Source: Candidatus Hadarchaeum sp. (lineage in GTDB: Archaea; Hadarchaeota; Hadarchaeia; Hadarchaeales; Hadarchaeaceae). Taken from it: 60,813 bases of DNA. The notes under the pieces are model-generated. The model had not been told where the DNA came from, ran no database searches, and worked only from the letters and a program-made list of their open reading frames with translations. The stretch's first letter is position 1, and each line of letters opens with the position of its first letter. Shown here in pieces: positions 59,510 through 60,813 of this stretch. The stretch is taken from assembly GCF_038871235.1 (NCBI RefSeq), contig NZ_JAVZIN010000010.1:1-60813 (forward strand). Reading direction: 5' to 3'. Both the position numbers and the translations under genes were made by a program.

Positions 59510-60813
59510 TCAGTAGACCACTACAGGCTCTGGTAACCACGAAATTTCTTCGGTGCCGAAGTCCCACATGCCGACTTGGACCCACTTCCACTCGCCACCT
59601 ATCTGCATTACCTTGTAGAGTCCAAAGTTACGCCCTGACCTGTCGCCGTACTCGTTCAGCGGTGACCAGCCTCCGACTCCCTGGTAGACATCGAAGACCA
59701 TAGGTAGCTGAGCCCTGACAGCATCGGGATCGTATTTATCCGCGGCCATGAGCGCCAGCGCCAGAGTCCAAACGCAATCGTAACCGTTAAGTCCATAAAG
59801 GTCTGCTGTTCTCCCCAGTCGCTTCTGCACCTCAGCCTGTATCTGCTGCATCTTTCCGCTTGGAGTTGGCATTTTTGCTGGGAAGATGCAGTCCGTCGTT
59901 GAAACCATTTCCGCAATGGTCGTGGAGCCTACCACCCAGTCACAAAGGCTTGGCCCGTCGTTTGTCAACCACTTGATTCCCCAAGCCGCAGGGTTGTATG
60001 CTGCCAGCGCTTCATAGATTGCTTTGCCCTCCTCAAAGCAGACGATGAACCAGCCTACCTTATTCGCCCCATATCTGGATTTGGCGCTGCTAACGGCTGA
60101 GTTAAGCGCGCTGGCTTCGGCGCTGAACTCCGTCGCGTCAGGGTTGTATCTTATTCCTTCATCTACCGAAATTCCAGCACCTGCAGCAGCGGTTCTGGTT
60201 GCATTAACTACGCTGTCACCCCAAGCGTCACCTCTCCAAAGTGGAATCAGATAGGTAACGCCCAGATACTTTGCGAGGCTGATTAGCATTTTTCCTTCCT
60301 GAGCACTGGTCGGCATTAGTCGGTATACGTAGTCGTTAGCCACGGCTAAGTCGATAGCAGTAGATCCGTAGGATAGAAGAAGGATTTTGTTAGCGTTGGC
60401 ATATGACATGGAGGCTCTGAGGTCTCCACTGGTTCCCCAGCCGCTCACGATGGTAATACCTCTAGCGTGTAAGCTCTTCAGCTTCTCTAAGGCAATGTCA
60501 GGCTTTGTTTCTGAATCCTCGACTACTAAGGACATTGTCCAGCCAGCGTTTGTATCCTTTAAGTGCTTGTTTACTTCCTCAAGAGCTATCTCCGCGGTGG
60601 TCATGGCCTGTTCTCCCCAGAAGGCGTTGCCGCCCGTTAGACCGTCTACCCAGCCTATCTTCACTTCACCGGAGAGACCTGCGGGCGCACCTGGAGTTGC
60701 GGTAACGGTTCTGGTTGTCGTTACCGTCGCCGTGGCCCCTGGAGCAGTAGTCACCTCTGCGGGTTTGGCTACCCAACCGGCACCGATCCCAACAATAAGA
60801 CCTACTACGAGCG
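59510..60813 (-). CDS. Second LivJ-like solute-binding protein (5' end runs off the window)
   Basis: Paralog of 54222-55532; reading frame open to the window edge. Confidence 0.82.
   Translation of the reverse strand, partial: LVVGLIVGIGAGWVAKPAEVTTAPGATATVTTTRTVTATPGAPAGLSGEVKIGWVDGLTGGNAFWGEQAMTTAEIALEEVNKHLKDTNAGWTMSLVVEDSETKPDIALEKLKSLHARGITIVSGWGTSGDLRASMSYANANKILLLSYGSTAIDLAVANDYVYRLMPTSAQEGKMLISLAKYLGVTYLIPLWRGDAWGDSVVNATRTAAAGAGISVDEGIRYNPDATEFSAEASALNSAVSSAKSRYGANKVGWFIVCFEEGKAIYEALAAYNPAAWGIKWLTNDGPSLCDWVVGSTTIAEMVSTTDCIFPAKMPTPSGKMQQIQAEVQKRLGRTADLYGLNGYDCVWTLALALMAADKYDPDAVRAQLPMVFDVYQGVGGWSPLNEYGDRSGRNFGLYKVMQIGGEWKWVQVGMWDFGTEEISWLPEPVVVY
60611..60813 (+). repeat. Direct repeat copy 2 (5' end of SBP gene 2; truncated by window end)
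   Basis: Near-identical to 55317-55519. Confidence 0.9.

Noticed and set aside
1-60813. CRISPR arrays, transposases, integrases, rRNA genes
   Set aside because: No regularly spaced repeats, recombinase or transposase motifs, or rRNA-like sequence were recognised.

Overview
Archaeal chromosomal window with archaeal information-processing genes (tfb, gar1, rps8e, endA, tiaS), BRE/TATA promoters and intron-containing tRNAs. Gene content and style tentatively suggest a Hadarchaeota/euryarchaeote-like anaerobe; this is an inference. Most of the window is housekeeping: methionine salvage, arginine biosynthesis, secDF, a complete A/V-type ATP synthase split into two divergent units, trpS, argS and three tRNA genes. 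The strongest oddities are five. (1) An intact smc-scpA-scpB operon whose Smc is only 752 aa, with no recognisable hinge or zinc hook, only a short helical hairpin at the apex. (2) A pyrrolysine-free methyltransferase cassette (corrinoid protein, MttB-like, and MtmB-like with Gln at the Pyl site), bracketed by two paralogous solute-binding protein genes with near-identical 5' ends and next to an orphan Mo/W oxidoreductase. (3) A tRNA-Arg(UCG) with two BHB introns, one non-canonical at 29/30. (4) A SecDF pair lacking the conserved membrane Asp residues. (5) A GLIC-like pentameric ligand-gated channel. All calls come from motif recognition by eye; no searches were run.
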